From IMG/VR virus record IMGVR_UViG_3300027985_000918, positions 186,001-250,000 of that record: 64,000 nt of DNA. One strand, 5' to 3'. This document shows, one piece after another, positions 63,799 to 64,000 of this stretch; position 1 is the stretch's first letter, and every line of letters begins with the position of its first letter. The translations under genes and the position numbers were made by a program. The notes under the pieces are model-generated. The model was not told the origin of the DNA. It did not search any database and saw only the letters and a list, made by a program, of their open reading frames with translations.

Positions 63799-64000
63799 TT
63801 AGATGATGAACCAGTTGGTTCCGTCGGAGTACACCGTCAGTGCTGCGTAGTCCGTGACCATGGTGAAGGATGGGTTCCCGTCGATGGTCTCCAGCCCAGA
63901 AGGAAGGACGTTGATGTTGTCCGTAAAGGCGTTCCCTACCTCATCCTTGATAGTCACCCTCCGCCCTGGCATCGGGGTAGGCAGGGTGATGTTCAGGGCA
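63799..64000 (-). CDS. Partial: C-terminus of a tail-fibre-like protein
   Basis: Manual translation ALNITLPTPMPGRRVTIKDEVG..ETIDG..TVYSDGTNWFII* is a typical fibre C-terminal module; it runs off the window edge. Confidence 0.75.
   Translation of the reverse strand, partial: ALNITLPTPMPGRRVTIKDEVGNAFTDNINVLPSGLETIDGNPSFTMVTDYAALTVYSDGTNWFII

Noticed and set aside
1-64000. tRNA, rRNA, CRISPR arrays, integrase or att sites, group I/II introns
   Set aside because: Intergenic gaps are nearly all under about 200 nt and I saw no cloverleaf, repeat-spacer or intron-like structure. This was not confirmed with covariance models.

Overview
This is a 64 kb piece of a large, GC-rich (about 60-65% by eye) dsDNA tailed phage genome, probably a jumbo phage, with most genes on the minus strand. 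From left to right it holds: a beta-helix fibre-like protein; an FmdB-type zinc-ribbon gene and several hypotheticals; a replication block (family A DNA polymerase with a LAGLIDADG intein, AEP prim-pol, DnaB-like helicase, degenerate DnaC-like loader, SNF2 and UvrD helicases); accessory genes (peptide deformylase, ClpP-like protease, papain-like C1A protease, metallophosphoesterase); a DNA-methylation island; and about 27 kb of very large virion (tail/baseplate/fibre) genes. The main observation is a beta-class (N4/N6) DNA methyltransferase split over three separate genes in reversed order. Its catalytic N-terminal piece carries an intein. That piece is also interrupted right after DPPY by GAG-TGA-CTT-GAG, a stop codon between matched codons. 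A ribosomal hop (translational bypass) across it would restore the family consensus DPPYEIGFM exactly. Other signals: a bipartite promoter-like motif GGTAAY-N16/17-GTAG ahead of four transcription units, an apparent total absence of CGCG, and a plus-strand SF2-helicase plus methyltransferase-fold cassette. I saw no tRNA, rRNA, CRISPR array, integrase or reverse transcriptase. All calls come from motif recognition by eye; no database searches were run.
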